Positions 51,078-60,906 are shown, numbered from the stretch's first letter. The stretch: 60,906 nucleotides of DNA from Candidatus Falkowbacteria bacterium (GCA_018651725.1 JABIDK010000003.1:1-60906); one strand, 5' to 3'. The notes: a model not told the origin generated them from the sequence alone. Translations and numbers: made by a program.

Positions 51078-52094
51078 ATGAAGAAAAAAATATTAAAATT
51101 TTCTGTTTTTTTACTGTTACTCCCTTTCTCTGCCAAGGCTATCCCGCCACCGGAAATTATTAATAATTTTGCTCCAATTTTAGTTCAAGGAGTGGCTTTT
51201 TTTCTTTCCTTTATTCTTATTGGCTGGGTTCTTTTGAAAAAATTCTTTAAAAAAATATTTAAATGGAAATTTTATATTTTTATATCCATTATATTTTCAA
51301 CATCTTTATTCAGTATTTTTTTAAATTTTAATATTACCAAAGAAGAAATAATTAAAGCGCAGGAAGTATTAACTAAACTTCCCGACCCTAATTACTATCC
51401 TGTAAACAAAAAATATGGTATTACCTTAAAAGATTTTGAAAATATATTAATACATAATGAAAAAATAAAAATATATGATGTAAGGCTTATAGAAGAATAC
51501 AATGCGGGACATATAACAGGTGCTGTTTTTTTAAAAAGCTATAATTTAGAAAAACTAGATCAAATTATAGAAGAAAATAAAAATTATGACAAAATTATTT
51601 TATATTGTTATGATGGGCAAAGAAGCGGTTATTTAACAAATATATTAAGAGAAAAAGGTGTTAATGCTTTTTACGTTAATGAACTGACGATGAACCTAGA
51701 AAGCTTTTGGGAGGGGGATTATTTTAACTTCACACAAGTGAAGCTGCTAACAACAAAAGAAGCAAAAAAACACATAAAAAATGGGGCTATTCTCCTAGAC
51801 CCTAGAAATCCTAAAAAGTATCAACAAGGGCACTTAATATCATCATTAAACGCTCCGTTCCTTGAACTAGGAAATGAAAAAATTATTGATTTTCTAAATA
51901 GTTTTGCCAATGAAACTAATTTTATAGGGATATGCTATGACAATCTTAGTTGTTTTGAAGTAACTGTACTAGCCTATAGAATTAACTTGTTATATGATAG
52001 ACTATATATTGATAAAAAACATACTTTTTTGGGTATTTATGCTACACCGGAAAAACTGTCAGACTATTTAACGGATACGATAAACACAGATTAA
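51078..52094 (+). CDS. membrane-anchored tandem rhodanese-domain protein
   Basis: The ATG at 51078 is used because the ORF-track start at 51030 is TTG. Signal/TM helices are present. The first rhodanese domain has active-site loop CYDGQRSG (C-x4-R). The second domain (..HLISSLNAP..GICYDNLSC..) is probably inactive. Confidence 0.7.
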   Translation: MKKKILKFSVFLLLLPFSAKAIPPPEIINNFAPILVQGVAFFLSFILIGWVLLKKFFKKIFKWKFYIFISIIFSTSLFSIFLNFNITKEEIIKAQEVLTKLPDPNYYPVNKKYGITLKDFENILIHNEKIKIYDVRLIEEYNAGHITGAVFLKSYNLEKLDQIIEENKNYDKIILYCYDGQRSGYLTNILREKGVNAFYVNELTMNLESFWEGDYFNFTQVKLLTTKEAKKHIKNGAILLDPRNPKKYQQGHLISSLNAPFLELGNEKIIDFLNSFANETNFIGICYDNLSCFEVTVLAYRINLLYDRLYIDKKHTFLGIYATPEKLSDYLTDTINTD

Positions 52095-52232
52095 GATTAA
52101 ACACAATCATCAACTTTTACAAAAGAATAAATAGATTATCGCCCCCCTCCTGACTGCAGTTATTGCAGCGTTACATTGGACACAGAGACGGCTCGGCAGA
52201 GATTGATTTATCTTCCTGTCTTGATACAGAAC

Positions 52233-52268
52233 AAAATAAAACCAGGCTTAAAGGCCTGGTTTTATTTT
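52233..52268. terminator. bidirectional rho-independent terminator between the rhodanese gene and the giant gene
   Basis: 7-bp GC-rich stem accaggc/gcctggt (52241-52247 and 52254-52260), flanked by aaaataaa on one side and tttatttt on the other. Confidence 0.75.
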
Positions 52269-52302
52269 GCTGTAAAATCCCTCTTTATACGAGTGGAAAA
52301 TA

Positions 52303-55300
52303 CTAATTACTATATTGATTTACAACCACGTAACCATTATATTCTTCGGCTTCATCGCAATCGTTTCTGCTCGTACCTAAGCTACACCAACCCCAGTTAT
52401 CTTTTATCTTAACTCCTATTGAGGTAACGCAACACGCTGAACCTTGGCATGTAACATTACTGTTTGGCAAGAGCTCTCCGTCGCTGCCACATTCTATAGA
52501 GTTGCTTTCATAATCTTTTCGAAGCATATCCCAGTAGCCATAAAGATGATAGAAAGAGTGCGGATTGTTTTCGTTAGGTTTATTATTGATACTGATTCCG
52601 CTACCTAAAACAATGTTTGGATTACTTGGTGTTCCGTCACCCCAGTTAACAACATACATTACCAGTGGGGATTGATTAATATCAACGATGCTATTAAAGG
52701 TAAAATTAACTGTTCCGCTATTATTTATCACATAATTACCACTTGATTGATTATTTAATTTCACATTCTCAATCACAGGCGGAACCCCACACCAATCACA
52801 ATGTGATCCTGTTGGACTGCTATTACAGCCGCTGAAACAATCACCACCGTTACATGACATTAAAGTAGGGTTATACTCCGGTCTATTCGGAGGATTTCCA
52901 TTACAAATATTGTCAGGGGGATCCCAGCTATTACCGCTAGTTTCTTCAAAAGTTAAACCGTTCCATCCCCAATGACCATAACTTTGGGCAAAAATACGAG
53001 AAAGATGGCTGTTATCTCCGGCCATTCCAGCCCAACTCTTACCGAGTAAAAAATCATTACCAGTCAGAGCAAGATCGATATAACTAAGGCTCCATTGTTC
53101 AGGATCGTTATCAGGAAAAAGGTTGTCAAAAGAGCCAAAAGGTTCTGAGTAATCATCGTAGATATATCCGGCAGTAGGCACAACATAATCACTTTCTGTA
53201 TAAACTCTGTCGGCCCAATATTTATTATTACCAAAAGGTGTAACAACTTGAACCAACTCCGAGATATAAGGTATAGTAAGATATACCGTCACTGAATTAA
53301 CATACGCTGTTCCACCACCACTGCTACTACCACTCCAGTCACAGGCAGCAACTTCCAGATTACTAAAACTGTCGCCATCCCAAGTTACTTCACCGATTAG
53401 AACTCTACCATGCGAACAAACTTGAGTGTAATGAGGACTTTCCTGACATTCCCTGGCTAATGCCTCACGATCACCGCAGTTAGACACAAAACCCCACCAA
53501 TCATTAGCGTTATTTAACGTTATAACCCCATGCGAAGTGTCAAGTACTATCTGAGTAATCTTGTCTCTAGTAAAAAAATAATCTTGTTCGTACCAAGGAA
53601 CACCGTCTAAATTAAAATCAGCCAGAGGAACATTTATAGTATTACCATGTTGACCGCGAATAACATAAAACATGGGTATATTATTAACTGTTGCTGACAT
53701 TACTTGAGAGCCTGCTCCATAATAAACAGGGTATTTTCCTCTATAACCGATTTCTTCTTCGTTACTACCCTCACCAAGCAATAAATCAACCGGCCACCAC
53801 ATCAAGCATTGGTCGGGGTTCCCAGGGGCACGATCGTATTCTAAACAATATCCTTTCCAACCGATATTTTTAATTCCTTTGTCATCAAAATAATCACAAG
53901 ACAAAGAATCTGATTTAGGATAAGCTCGACAAGACTGGTTAACATACTTTTCAGACAAATCTCTGGACATAATTGACACATCTCCTATTTGAGCCAAAGC
54001 ATCTTCGTCGATGCCGTCGGTACAATTACTAACACCGCTGTGTCCTACTAGTTGCATAGCTATACGAACATCTTGACCTGCCAAAGCAGAAATATCATAA
54101 CCTAGGTTACCGCTTCTTTCCATATCATGTTCACCTACTGGAGGGCTATCATAGGTGATATAAACATTACCAATTTGAGCTAAAGCATCGTCACCACCAC
54201 CATCTTCACAATCACTTGGGTTCGCATGACCAACTAATTGCATAGTAATAACAACCTCTTGGCCAAATAAATCACTTGGTATAGCATAACTAATTTCATT
54301 GCTTAGGAAATCCCTATCCAGATCATCATCATCTGATTCCCACATCTCAATAATTCTTAAAGCAGCACCTTCAATATCGTTAGGATCTCTGATTTCCAAA
54401 TAATAAGAGTCCGGGGTATTAGTATGCTCATCAAAGCTTCTCATTTTAACATTACGCCATAAATGTAAAGTGGAGGGATCATCGGGTAAGGTAATAGTAT
54501 TAGAAACAAGCATTCCATCGTAGGCTCCGCCCATTCCATTCAAGGTATCTTTATCACTGCCAAATCCATAGGCCGTTCCCCCGGACGGTGGCACATCCCA
54601 ATCAAACGCTGCAAGAGTTATATCGTTTCTGGTTCCCTCAGCTCCTGACCCAGGAGGTTCACCACAAAGACCAAGATCAGGGTCAATAGATTCTTCTAAT
54701 GTCCAACCGGTAACTGGAATATCACCTCCACCATCTTCACTGGCTTCCCAAGATTCAAGTTCAAGTAAAACACTATTAAGACTAGGGTCTCTGATTTCCA
54801 AATTATAAGAGTCTGCATTGCCGCCATGATAATCAAAATCCATTATCTTAACATTACGCCATAAATGTAAAGTAGAAGCATCGTCCGGCAAGGTAATAGT
54901 ATTAGAAACAAGCATTCCATCGTAAGCTCCGCCTGTTCCATTCAAAGTGTCTTTATTACTACCAAATCCATAGGCAGTTCCTGCTGATGGTGGGATATCC
55001 CAATTGCCAACAGCAATAGTTATATCGTTTCTGGTTCCTTCATTACCACAATTACCCAAAACAGGGTCAATAGATTCTTGTAACGTCCAACTATCGACTG
55101 ATATACCAGTATCCACAAAAGCACTTGGGCTATTTACATTCAATGCCGGCCTAATAGTTATGTCATCTATATAGAAAGCTCCTTCTGCACCATCACTACC
55201 GGTGATTTCAATATCAATTCGATTGGCACTATTTGAAAGCATAAAATAATCAGTTAAATATTGCCAATCTATCCCGTAACTTTGTCTGATCACAGTTTGC

Positions 55301-58300
55301 TCAGCGATAATTAATCCGTCTGATCCGTAAGATCTAATATTAACAAAAGCCTCACCATCAAAAAGATAATTGGTATTAATTTGAGCACCAAGGAAATAAG
55401 TGGTCAGACTTTGATCCTCGTCAAAAAAATTAATGTCAATTTTTTCAGAAACCGCACTACCGTCAGCATCAATCTTTAAAAAACTATTACCCTCGGGAGC
55501 GCGAACTCCGACACCTGCTCTTTGACTTGTAATTGGGTCGGTAATAAGAGAAAAATAATGAGAAGCGTATGTACCGCGTTCATAATTCCAACCAACCGGT
55601 CGATCTTCTCCCGGATCTATACCGTTACTACTAATAGTTTCAAATCCTCCATTCGGAACTATTACTTTACCACCACTTTGATTCATTGTTTCAAAAGGAT
55701 AATAACCGGGGATAATTTCGCCTCCGCCCCAGTCTCTACCAATTTTCGCAAAACCACTTTTATTTTTAAGTTCATTTGTGTTTAAAGTTTGATTTACCTT
55801 TTCTGTTACCGGAAACCCGTTGCATAAACCGTTTTCATCTAAAGAATCGCACAAACCAACTTCCAAGCATAGACTTCTTTCGTTGCCACTGCTGTCTTCT
55901 GTTTTTACCAAACTTTCACAGTACAACCACTCTCCACAATCTCTGTCAGGACGAACTTTAACAAGTAGATTAGAGTCGTCGTATCTTGGAGGAACTTCAG
56001 TAGTATCTGTACCAAGTGGAGTTTCACTATCTAAATCAGCATCGTAAATAATATCATTTAAAATTCCATTGTTTTGAATTTCTCGACTGTTAAACAACAC
56101 GCAACCATTACCATAATCTATAAGTCCGTTACAGGCTGTTTTATTAATTGAATTGTCCAAGTTATAATAAACTCCTGTTTCGTAAATCGCTACTGAACCG
56201 TTGTCCGCTAAATTATCATTAACAACCAATCTACACGATGTATCAACGGATGCATAAAACCGACCACTAAATTGACCATCTCCGTTAGTTAACGACAACA
56301 ATGCAGTTCCTCCGGCAATATTAGAAATAGTAAGTGAATCATCGGGAGAAGTTAGAGCATCAGAAGAGTCAAAATCCGGCGTACAATTTGTTAATTCTAT
56401 CTCATAAGTACCAGTATTATCACCAACATCTCCCATAATTGTATACAAAGTATCATACTCAAGAAAAATAGGCTCATCAAGAGAGTAATAACTAGCAACT
56501 TGCCCCCAACCGTCCGGAATACTATTCTCGTCAACATCTTGTGAAAAATCTCCGTTAAAAACCATGTTACTAGAAATCGTACTTAAAGGATCAATATACT
56601 CTGTACATGTATCTTCTGAGCTAGGACACTCTCCGGTCCAGTTAAGACATTTTCCGCCCGGGCATTCATCATCATCTGCGCAAACCCTTCCTCTTCGAGA
56701 TCCGCTTGAACATGATCCATAGGCATAGGTAACACCAATATCAGAAAAATTTGTGGGGCAATTTGGCGCACCTGAGGTTGTTCCATTAATATACCAGCCA
56801 GCACTTACTTGTTCTTCTCCTGTTTTATACTGACACGTTTTAGGGCTTGATTTTATTCTGCCCGACAACGGATCTTTAAAATGATATTTACCCAAAAGAG
56901 AATCAAACTCATTGCATCCTGTTTCAGCTCCTTGACAAAGTGTTTCGTCATATTTATTAGGATCATTTATAATATATCTTGTTTCGTATTGATACAGATC
57001 GTCGGTGTCATCACTTCTATCTTCCGGGGTGTCTTTTATATCGTACCTGTAAAATGCTTCGCCAAGAGCGGTACATCCTTTATCTTGCGAATTGCAAGTT
57101 TTTCTCTCATTGTTAACCAAAGACACTATACTATCCTCCGAGATAGTAATTTCCGAAATATCTCCAGGATTAAACACTCTTCCCATTGGAAGATTAAAAT
57201 TGTGTGTGTCAATCAACGCTTCACAGCCAACCACATCTTCAGAGCAAAGATGATCAAAAGATTTTAAGTAAACAGTTGCTTTGTCAATTTGACTCTTATA
57301 CTCTTTACAACCAAGCATATATTGAGGCGCTTGGGCACCGTTATAATCCTGATCACAAGCTAATGGAATATTCCAAATATCAGGTCTAATTAAGAACATA
57401 TAATCACTGACTTCTTTTAAAATAATGTTATCGATATAACTTATTCCACCAAAACCAGAGATTTGAAGGGCTTCTAAGAGTTCACTGCCTGCTCCGCCAA
57501 TACCAGGATCATCACTTGACATATCCCAATCGTCGTGTATAAATACTGGCCCTAAAGAATACTGTGCCCATTCTTGGCTTAGGGAAATATCGCCTGTAGC
57601 AAATTCATCGCCTGGTGCGGCGCTTGAAAATTGAGCGGATATACTACCGCTTCCTTTTGCCCAAAAAAATAACAAATAAGCTTTTCCTTGTCTAATCAAA
57701 TCTCTGTAAATACAAGTTTGCTCGCCATTATTTAAATAACAAACAGTTTTTCCGTCAATTTGACATTCACAGCCGTTTTCATCGGCGCAAGGAGGACCTA
57801 AATTACATCGGAGTTTCAAATCATAAGACATAGTATTACCATTATTAATCTGCAAGCTATGTCCACCTCTAATTAATGACTCACCACTAAGAATTCCTGT
57901 TCCCCAAAGATTTTCTGCTTGCTCAAAGTCATCGTCAATGACTTTTCTAATGTCGTTGCTGGCGTTGCCTTTATATTCATAACAATTGTTTTGCGAAGCT
58001 GGGCAACTAATACTCTCTTCCGGTAAACCATCGTAAATACAGAAATAAGGATCAACACTCGGATTTTCACCGTCATCGCCTCTCCAAAGTCCCCAGCTAT
58101 TTTCACAATCTGTTTGAGTTGATTCGGTTTTTCTGAAAGGATGGCAGTCGTCCGAACAAGCCATGGTATCTTTATAGTGATGATAATAAATCTCTCCTAA
58201 TTCAGTGTAAAATTCATAACACTCCGGATTGGAAATGGCGTCTTCAAAGTCAACACAATCTCCAAAAAGTTCTGTTACATCAAAGATGGCCGGGTTAAAA

Positions 58301-60906
58301 ATACTATCGGGCCCAGGTGTTCCATCATCGTCCCTTAACAAAAACGCTCTCAATTGAAAACCACTTACCTCTGAGCCAACCCAAGTATAAAATGTATTGC
58401 AAGTATCATCTATTTCTTGGCAAGGGCGTAAATATGTATAGTGCTCAATAGCCTCTCCTCCTTGCTCCAGTTGGTCAAGATTTGTAAATTCAGTACACCC
58501 GGCGTATTGGGCTGAACATTTTTTCTCGTTATCCGGAATTAAAAACTCAGGAAATTTTTCGCTTTCAAAAAATGTATTTTCTTGTTTGTAGGTGTCATAT
58601 CCATTACACTCCTCCGGACAAAAATCATTGGAAGCTACTACAGCCGGGACCGGGGGATCGCCGTTTGCCGGAGTGTATAAATCACAACCAATATCGTCGT
58701 TACTACACTCAAAAGCAAAATCTTCGCATTTTGGAGAACCACCTGTTACACAACGATCTATATCGTTCCTCCATAATCTAAAACTGCCGTCATCAACTTC
58801 GCAACTTTCTTTGTCGGAATAAGCTGTCTCTAAACTGACATATTTCTCGCACTCATAATAATCAGGGGACTTTTTTAAATACAATAAATTATTCTCTTGA
58901 TAGCCTGTATAATTACTTGGACTATTTTCCAAGCCACTAACCTCCTCTAGTTTAACTGCATCAACAACACAGCCTGGGGCTATGCCACCAACCAGTGAAG
59001 GGAGATTAGGGTAAAAACCGATATTAACATCTAAATTTGTTATATTAGAAGGTACATTATAAGGAAAGGCAAGGGCAACACTGTATCTTTGCCAATTACC
59101 ACTATCTTCCAACGCAATTTCATCACTCCCCACACCGGCACCAGAACCGAAAAACCTAACAAGTGAAGTATCACAAGTACCATTAGCATAAAATGAAAGT
59201 ATAAACTTTCTATTAGCTAAACCATAGCCGGTATCAATGCCTTCCTGATAAGCCAAGCCATATCCTCCAAGATCATTAAAAGAGTTATTGCCAAGATAAG
59301 AATTGTCATTATTTATAGCGCCATTAAATGACCAGAATACGCGTTCTTCACCCCAATCTATCTCACCATCTTCATTTACATCAAATCCTTCAAAGCTAGG
59401 ATTTTTAATCAAATTAGTGCCTAGATTAGGTTTTGTTCTGATATACTCGTGACATCCTTCATCTCTGTTGGAACATTCTTTTGTGTCACTATCAAGATAA
59501 ATATCATTATTTCCATTTGGCGCTGTGTTATTCTGCGTAAAACTGTCTATTGTAAATAATGTAGCTTTTGAACCGCCCAGTTCACAGCTAATTCCCCTAA
59601 AAGGAACTATACAAGACTCTAAAATATCTCCGTCTTTATCAAAATCAGCTGTATCAACAAGTTCACATCCATCGGGATCGGTACAAAGACCTCCAAAACC
59701 ACTACCTCCTGAGACAACCCTGTTAACTTCCGGTTCGGTACACATCCAACCTTCTCCGGCTAAATCACCGGAAACACAGTACCACTGACAACCAGCGTTT
59801 TCTTCTGTGCATCCGTTATACTCTAGCGTCTGTTTAACATAATAAGACTCCCCTCCGCTTGGATCAACAAATCTTTGACAACTATTAAAGTGTGGCTCAC
59901 AAGTTTCACCGTTAAAGTTCCATTCTCTTTTTTCCTCAGAGCAATAACCATAAAAAAGACAATTTCCATTGTCATCTTCTTTAATACAGGACCTCTCATC
60001 AGCACAATACTTATTTCTAGACACTATAACTCGTGGTTTAACTTCTCTTGTTTCGTCGATAGTATCTACATAGTCTCCGTCGTCATTAAAGTCCTGACCA
60101 TCTGTAATTTGCTCATCAACTAACTTTTCTCCATATCCTTCAGCAGAACAAAAAAGCTCAGGCGCTTTAAGAACCCAGTCTGGATCGATCAACTTATAAA
60201 ATGGAGAGCTTTGATTATCAAATTCATCTATTAACTCCTGAATGTTGTAAGTTTTAGTACCTTGACCGGCGATATAGCCGGCAGCAAGTTCCCAGCCAAC
60301 AGGAATTACTCTATATTTTCGTAAAATTATTAAACTACGGTAAGGGTAACCTTGATTATATTCAGGCTCAAGTCCATTTGTAATAAAACCAAACGGAACC
60401 TCTGTATTTATATATCCACCGTCAATTGCCTCTTGAACGGTTAATTTTTCTTGAACAGCAGTAGAAAAATTTTCATCGATAACACACTCCTCAGGCCCGG
60501 AATTTTGTGGATCAGGACACATCATTAACTTGCTTAAAACACTGTAAGCACTTCCTTGGTCAAACTCTGTTTGAAAAACGTCTAAATATTTTTCTTTAGC
60601 TTTTTTAATAGGATTTTTATTATCTTGTGCGCGAGTAGCTGAAGTTCCGTTATCAAATCCACCCCAACTATAACTATTTTCATCGTCACTTCCGCTTAAA
60701 TTAGCCATACCTTTTGTCATCCATTTATCAATCAATTTACCCATCAGTGTATCGGCAAAAGTCCCTAAAGCATCAGCCACAATATTCCCGGTAGTAACCT
60801 CTGCATAACTTGATGATTCTTCGAGTGGCCTGTTAGCTTCTCCCCTTATAACAGAAGAAGGGGTTAAAATATCGCCAGCTAAATTTTGAACTGCTTTCCA
60901 GCCGCC
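52303..60906 (-). CDS. giant Cys-rich extracellular protein (>2867 aa); N-terminus lies beyond the right window edge
   Basis: The ORF-track start at 60780 is a GTG. I checked all 42 in-frame codons from 60781 to 60906 and found no stop, so the frame is open to the window end. TAG stop at 52303-52305. There is no TM helix in the visible part. Cysteine density is very high, with internal tandem repeats and a PKD/Ig-like C-terminus (..VNWGDGTPS..). Confidence 0.8.
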   Translation of the reverse strand, partial: GGWKAVQNLAGDILTPSSVIRGEANRPLEESSSYAEVTTGNIVADALGTFADTLMGKLIDKWMTKGMANLSGSDDENSYSWGGFDNGTSATRAQDNKNPIKKAKEKYLDVFQTEFDQGSAYSVLSKLMMCPDPQNSGPEECVIDENFSTAVQEKLTVQEAIDGGYINTEVPFGFITNGLEPEYNQGYPYRSLIILRKYRVIPVGWELAAGYIAGQGTKTYNIQELIDEFDNQSSPFYKLIDPDWVLKAPELFCSAEGYGEKLVDEQITDGQDFNDDGDYVDTIDETREVKPRVIVSRNKYCADERSCIKEDDNGNCLFYGYCSEEKREWNFNGETCEPHFNSCQRFVDPSGGESYYVKQTLEYNGCTEENAGCQWYCVSGDLAGEGWMCTEPEVNRVVSGGSGFGGLCTDPDGCELVDTADFDKDGDILESCIVPFRGISCELGGSKATLFTIDSFTQNNTAPNGNNDIYLDSDTKECSNRDEGCHEYIRTKPNLGTNLIKNPSFEGFDVNEDGEIDWGEERVFWSFNGAINNDNSYLGNNSFNDLGGYGLAYQEGIDTGYGLANRKFILSFYANGTCDTSLVRFFGSGAGVGSDEIALEDSGNWQRYSVALAFPYNVPSNITNLDVNIGFYPNLPSLVGGIAPGCVVDAVKLEEVSGLENSPSNYTGYQENNLLYLKKSPDYYECEKYVSLETAYSDKESCEVDDGSFRLWRNDIDRCVTGGSPKCEDFAFECSNDDIGCDLYTPANGDPPVPAVVASNDFCPEECNGYDTYKQENTFFESEKFPEFLIPDNEKKCSAQYAGCTEFTNLDQLEQGGEAIEHYTYLRPCQEIDDTCNTFYTWVGSEVSGFQLRAFLLRDDDGTPGPDSIFNPAIFDVTELFGDCVDFEDAISNPECYEFYTELGEIYYHHYKDTMACSDDCHPFRKTESTQTDCENSWGLWRGDDGENPSVDPYFCIYDGLPEESISCPASQNNCYEYKGNASNDIRKVIDDDFEQAENLWGTGILSGESLIRGGHSLQINNGNTMSYDLKLRCNLGPPCADENGCECQIDGKTVCYLNNGEQTCIYRDLIRQGKAYLLFFWAKGSGSISAQFSSAAPGDEFATGDISLSQEWAQYSLGPVFIHDDWDMSSDDPGIGGAGSELLEALQISGFGGISYIDNIILKEVSDYMFLIRPDIWNIPLACDQDYNGAQAPQYMLGCKEYKSQIDKATVYLKSFDHLCSEDVVGCEALIDTHNFNLPMGRVFNPGDISEITISEDSIVSLVNNERKTCNSQDKGCTALGEAFYRYDIKDTPEDRSDDTDDLYQYETRYIINDPNKYDETLCQGAETGCNEFDSLLGKYHFKDPLSGRIKSSPKTCQYKTGEEQVSAGWYINGTTSGAPNCPTNFSDIGVTYAYGSCSSGSRRGRVCADDDECPGGKCLNWTGECPSSEDTCTEYIDPLSTISSNMVFNGDFSQDVDENSIPDGWGQVASYYSLDEPIFLEYDTLYTIMGDVGDNTGTYEIELTNCTPDFDSSDALTSPDDSLTISNIAGGTALLSLTNGDGQFSGRFYASVDTSCRLVVNDNLADNGSVAIYETGVYYNLDNSINKTACNGLIDYGNGCVLFNSREIQNNGILNDIIYDADLDSETPLGTDTTEVPPRYDDSNLLVKVRPDRDCGEWLYCESLVKTEDSSGNERSLCLEVGLCDSLDENGLCNGFPVTEKVNQTLNTNELKNKSGFAKIGRDWGGGEIIPGYYPFETMNQSGGKVIVPNGGFETISSNGIDPGEDRPVGWNYERGTYASHYFSLITDPITSQRAGVGVRAPEGNSFLKIDADGSAVSEKIDINFFDEDQSLTTYFLGAQINTNYLFDGEAFVNIRSYGSDGLIIAEQTVIRQSYGIDWQYLTDYFMLSNSANRIDIEITGSDGAEGAFYIDDITIRPALNVNSPSAFVDTGISVDSWTLQESIDPVLGNCGNEGTRNDITIAVGNWDIPPSAGTAYGFGSNKDTLNGTGGAYDGMLVSNTITLPDDASTLHLWRNVKIMDFDYHGGNADSYNLEIRDPSLNSVLLELESWEASEDGGGDIPVTGWTLEESIDPDLGLCGEPPGSGAEGTRNDITLAAFDWDVPPSGGTAYGFGSDKDTLNGMGGAYDGMLVSNTITLPDDPSTLHLWRNVKMRSFDEHTNTPDSYYLEIRDPNDIEGAALRIIEMWESDDDDLDRDFLSNEISYAIPSDLFGQEVVITMQLVGHANPSDCEDGGGDDALAQIGNVYITYDSPPVGEHDMERSGNLGYDISALAGQDVRIAMQLVGHSGVSNCTDGIDEDALAQIGDVSIMSRDLSEKYVNQSCRAYPKSDSLSCDYFDDKGIKNIGWKGYCLEYDRAPGNPDQCLMWWPVDLLLGEGSNEEEIGYRGKYPVYYGAGSQVMSATVNNIPMFYVIRGQHGNTINVPLADFNLDGVPWYEQDYFFTRDKITQIVLDTSHGVITLNNANDWWGFVSNCGDREALARECQESPHYTQVCSHGRVLIGEVTWDGDSFSNLEVAACDWSGSSSGGGTAYVNSVTVYLTIPYISELVQVVTPFGNNKYWADRVYTESDYVVPTAGYIYDDYSEPFGSFDNLFPDNDPEQWSLSYIDLALTGNDFLLGKSWAGMAGDNSHLSRIFAQSYGHWGWNGLTFEETSGNSWDPPDNICNGNPPNRPEYNPTLMSCNGGDCFSGCNSSPTGSHCDWCGVPPVIENVKLNNQSSGNYVINNSGTVNFTFNSIVDINQSPLVMYVVNWGDGTPSNPNIVLGSGISINNKPNENNPHSFYHLYGYWDMLRKDYESNSIECGSDGELLPNSNVTCQGSACCVTSIGVKIKDNWGWCSLGTSRNDCDEAEEYNGYVVVNQYSN
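54322..55089 (-). repeat. two tandem 384-nt (128-aa) repeat units inside the giant gene
   Basis: Units start at Trp codons 55089-55087 and 54705-54703 (WTLQESIDP.. and WTLEESIDP..). Long near-identical nucleotide runs occur, e.g. ggtaatagtattagaaacaagcattccatcgta in both units. Shared protein core: GTRNDIT..GTAYGFGS.KDTLNG.GGAYDGMLVSNTITLPDD.STLHLWRNVK. Confidence 0.85.

Noticed and set aside
52176-52412. 78-aa plus-strand ORF (TTG start) in the rhodanese/giant-gene spacer
   Set aside because: It reads through a strong bidirectional terminator and then antisense into the giant gene. The region is better explained as a UTR or sRNA (see findings).
53064-60123. About a dozen 60-128-aa ORFs on both strands within the giant gene, and similar short ORFs inside ileS, aspS, pheT, recG, virB4 and others
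   Set aside because: All are nested in, or antisense to, long well-supported ORFs, and none has an SD or recognisable motif.
1-60906. Alternative genetic code (UGA recoding, as in some candidate phyla)
   Set aside because: TGA is used as a genuine stop (for example 21280-21282 in an ATGA overlap, and 8656-8658). All conserved genes are full length under the standard code.

Overview
This is an AT-rich bacterial chromosomal window, roughly 30% GC by eye. It uses the standard genetic code: TGA acts as a stop, for example at 21280-21282. Coding is dense and mostly on the minus strand. The overall look fits a reduced-genome Patescibacteria/CPR-like organism, but that is an inference from gene content, not a search result. 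The supporting features are a trimmed PheT, a eukaryote-like IleRS, many secreted repeat proteins, a minimal T4SS-like module and a giant Cys-rich ORF.

Housekeeping content: pheS-pheT-aspS-ileS in one tight operon, plsC, rplJ-rplL with a leader/attenuator, mltG, pcm, ribH-ribE, recG, comFC, a CDP-alcohol phosphatidyltransferase and seven tRNA genes.

Accessory content, in window order:
- An operon of an ABC-F ATPase, a 63-aa Cys peptide and a PqqD/RRE-fused radical SAM enzyme (8550-11803). It sits inside a ~4.1-kb segment bracketed by ~145-170-bp direct repeats made from the 5' end of an amidohydrolase gene. This is my best candidate for an undescribed system: a RiPP-like cassette with a ribosome-acting partner.
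- A perfect 49-nt tandem duplication of the 3' end of tRNA-Ser(GCU) plus its flank.
- A minimal T4SS-like cluster (PrgI/VirB3-like, VirB4, a VirB6-like fusion protein and three unknowns) beside comFC, with no relaxase or coupling protein in view.
- A higBA toxin-antitoxin pair.
- A lamin-tail/PKD/OB surface protein.
- A giant Cys-rich ORF of more than 2867 aa that is still open at the right edge and contains a recent 384-nt tandem repeat.

I found no rRNA, CRISPR array, transposase or integrase. All family calls come from motifs read by eye; no database search was possible. Several ORF-track starts are TTG/GTG and were moved to a downstream ATG where the context supported it.
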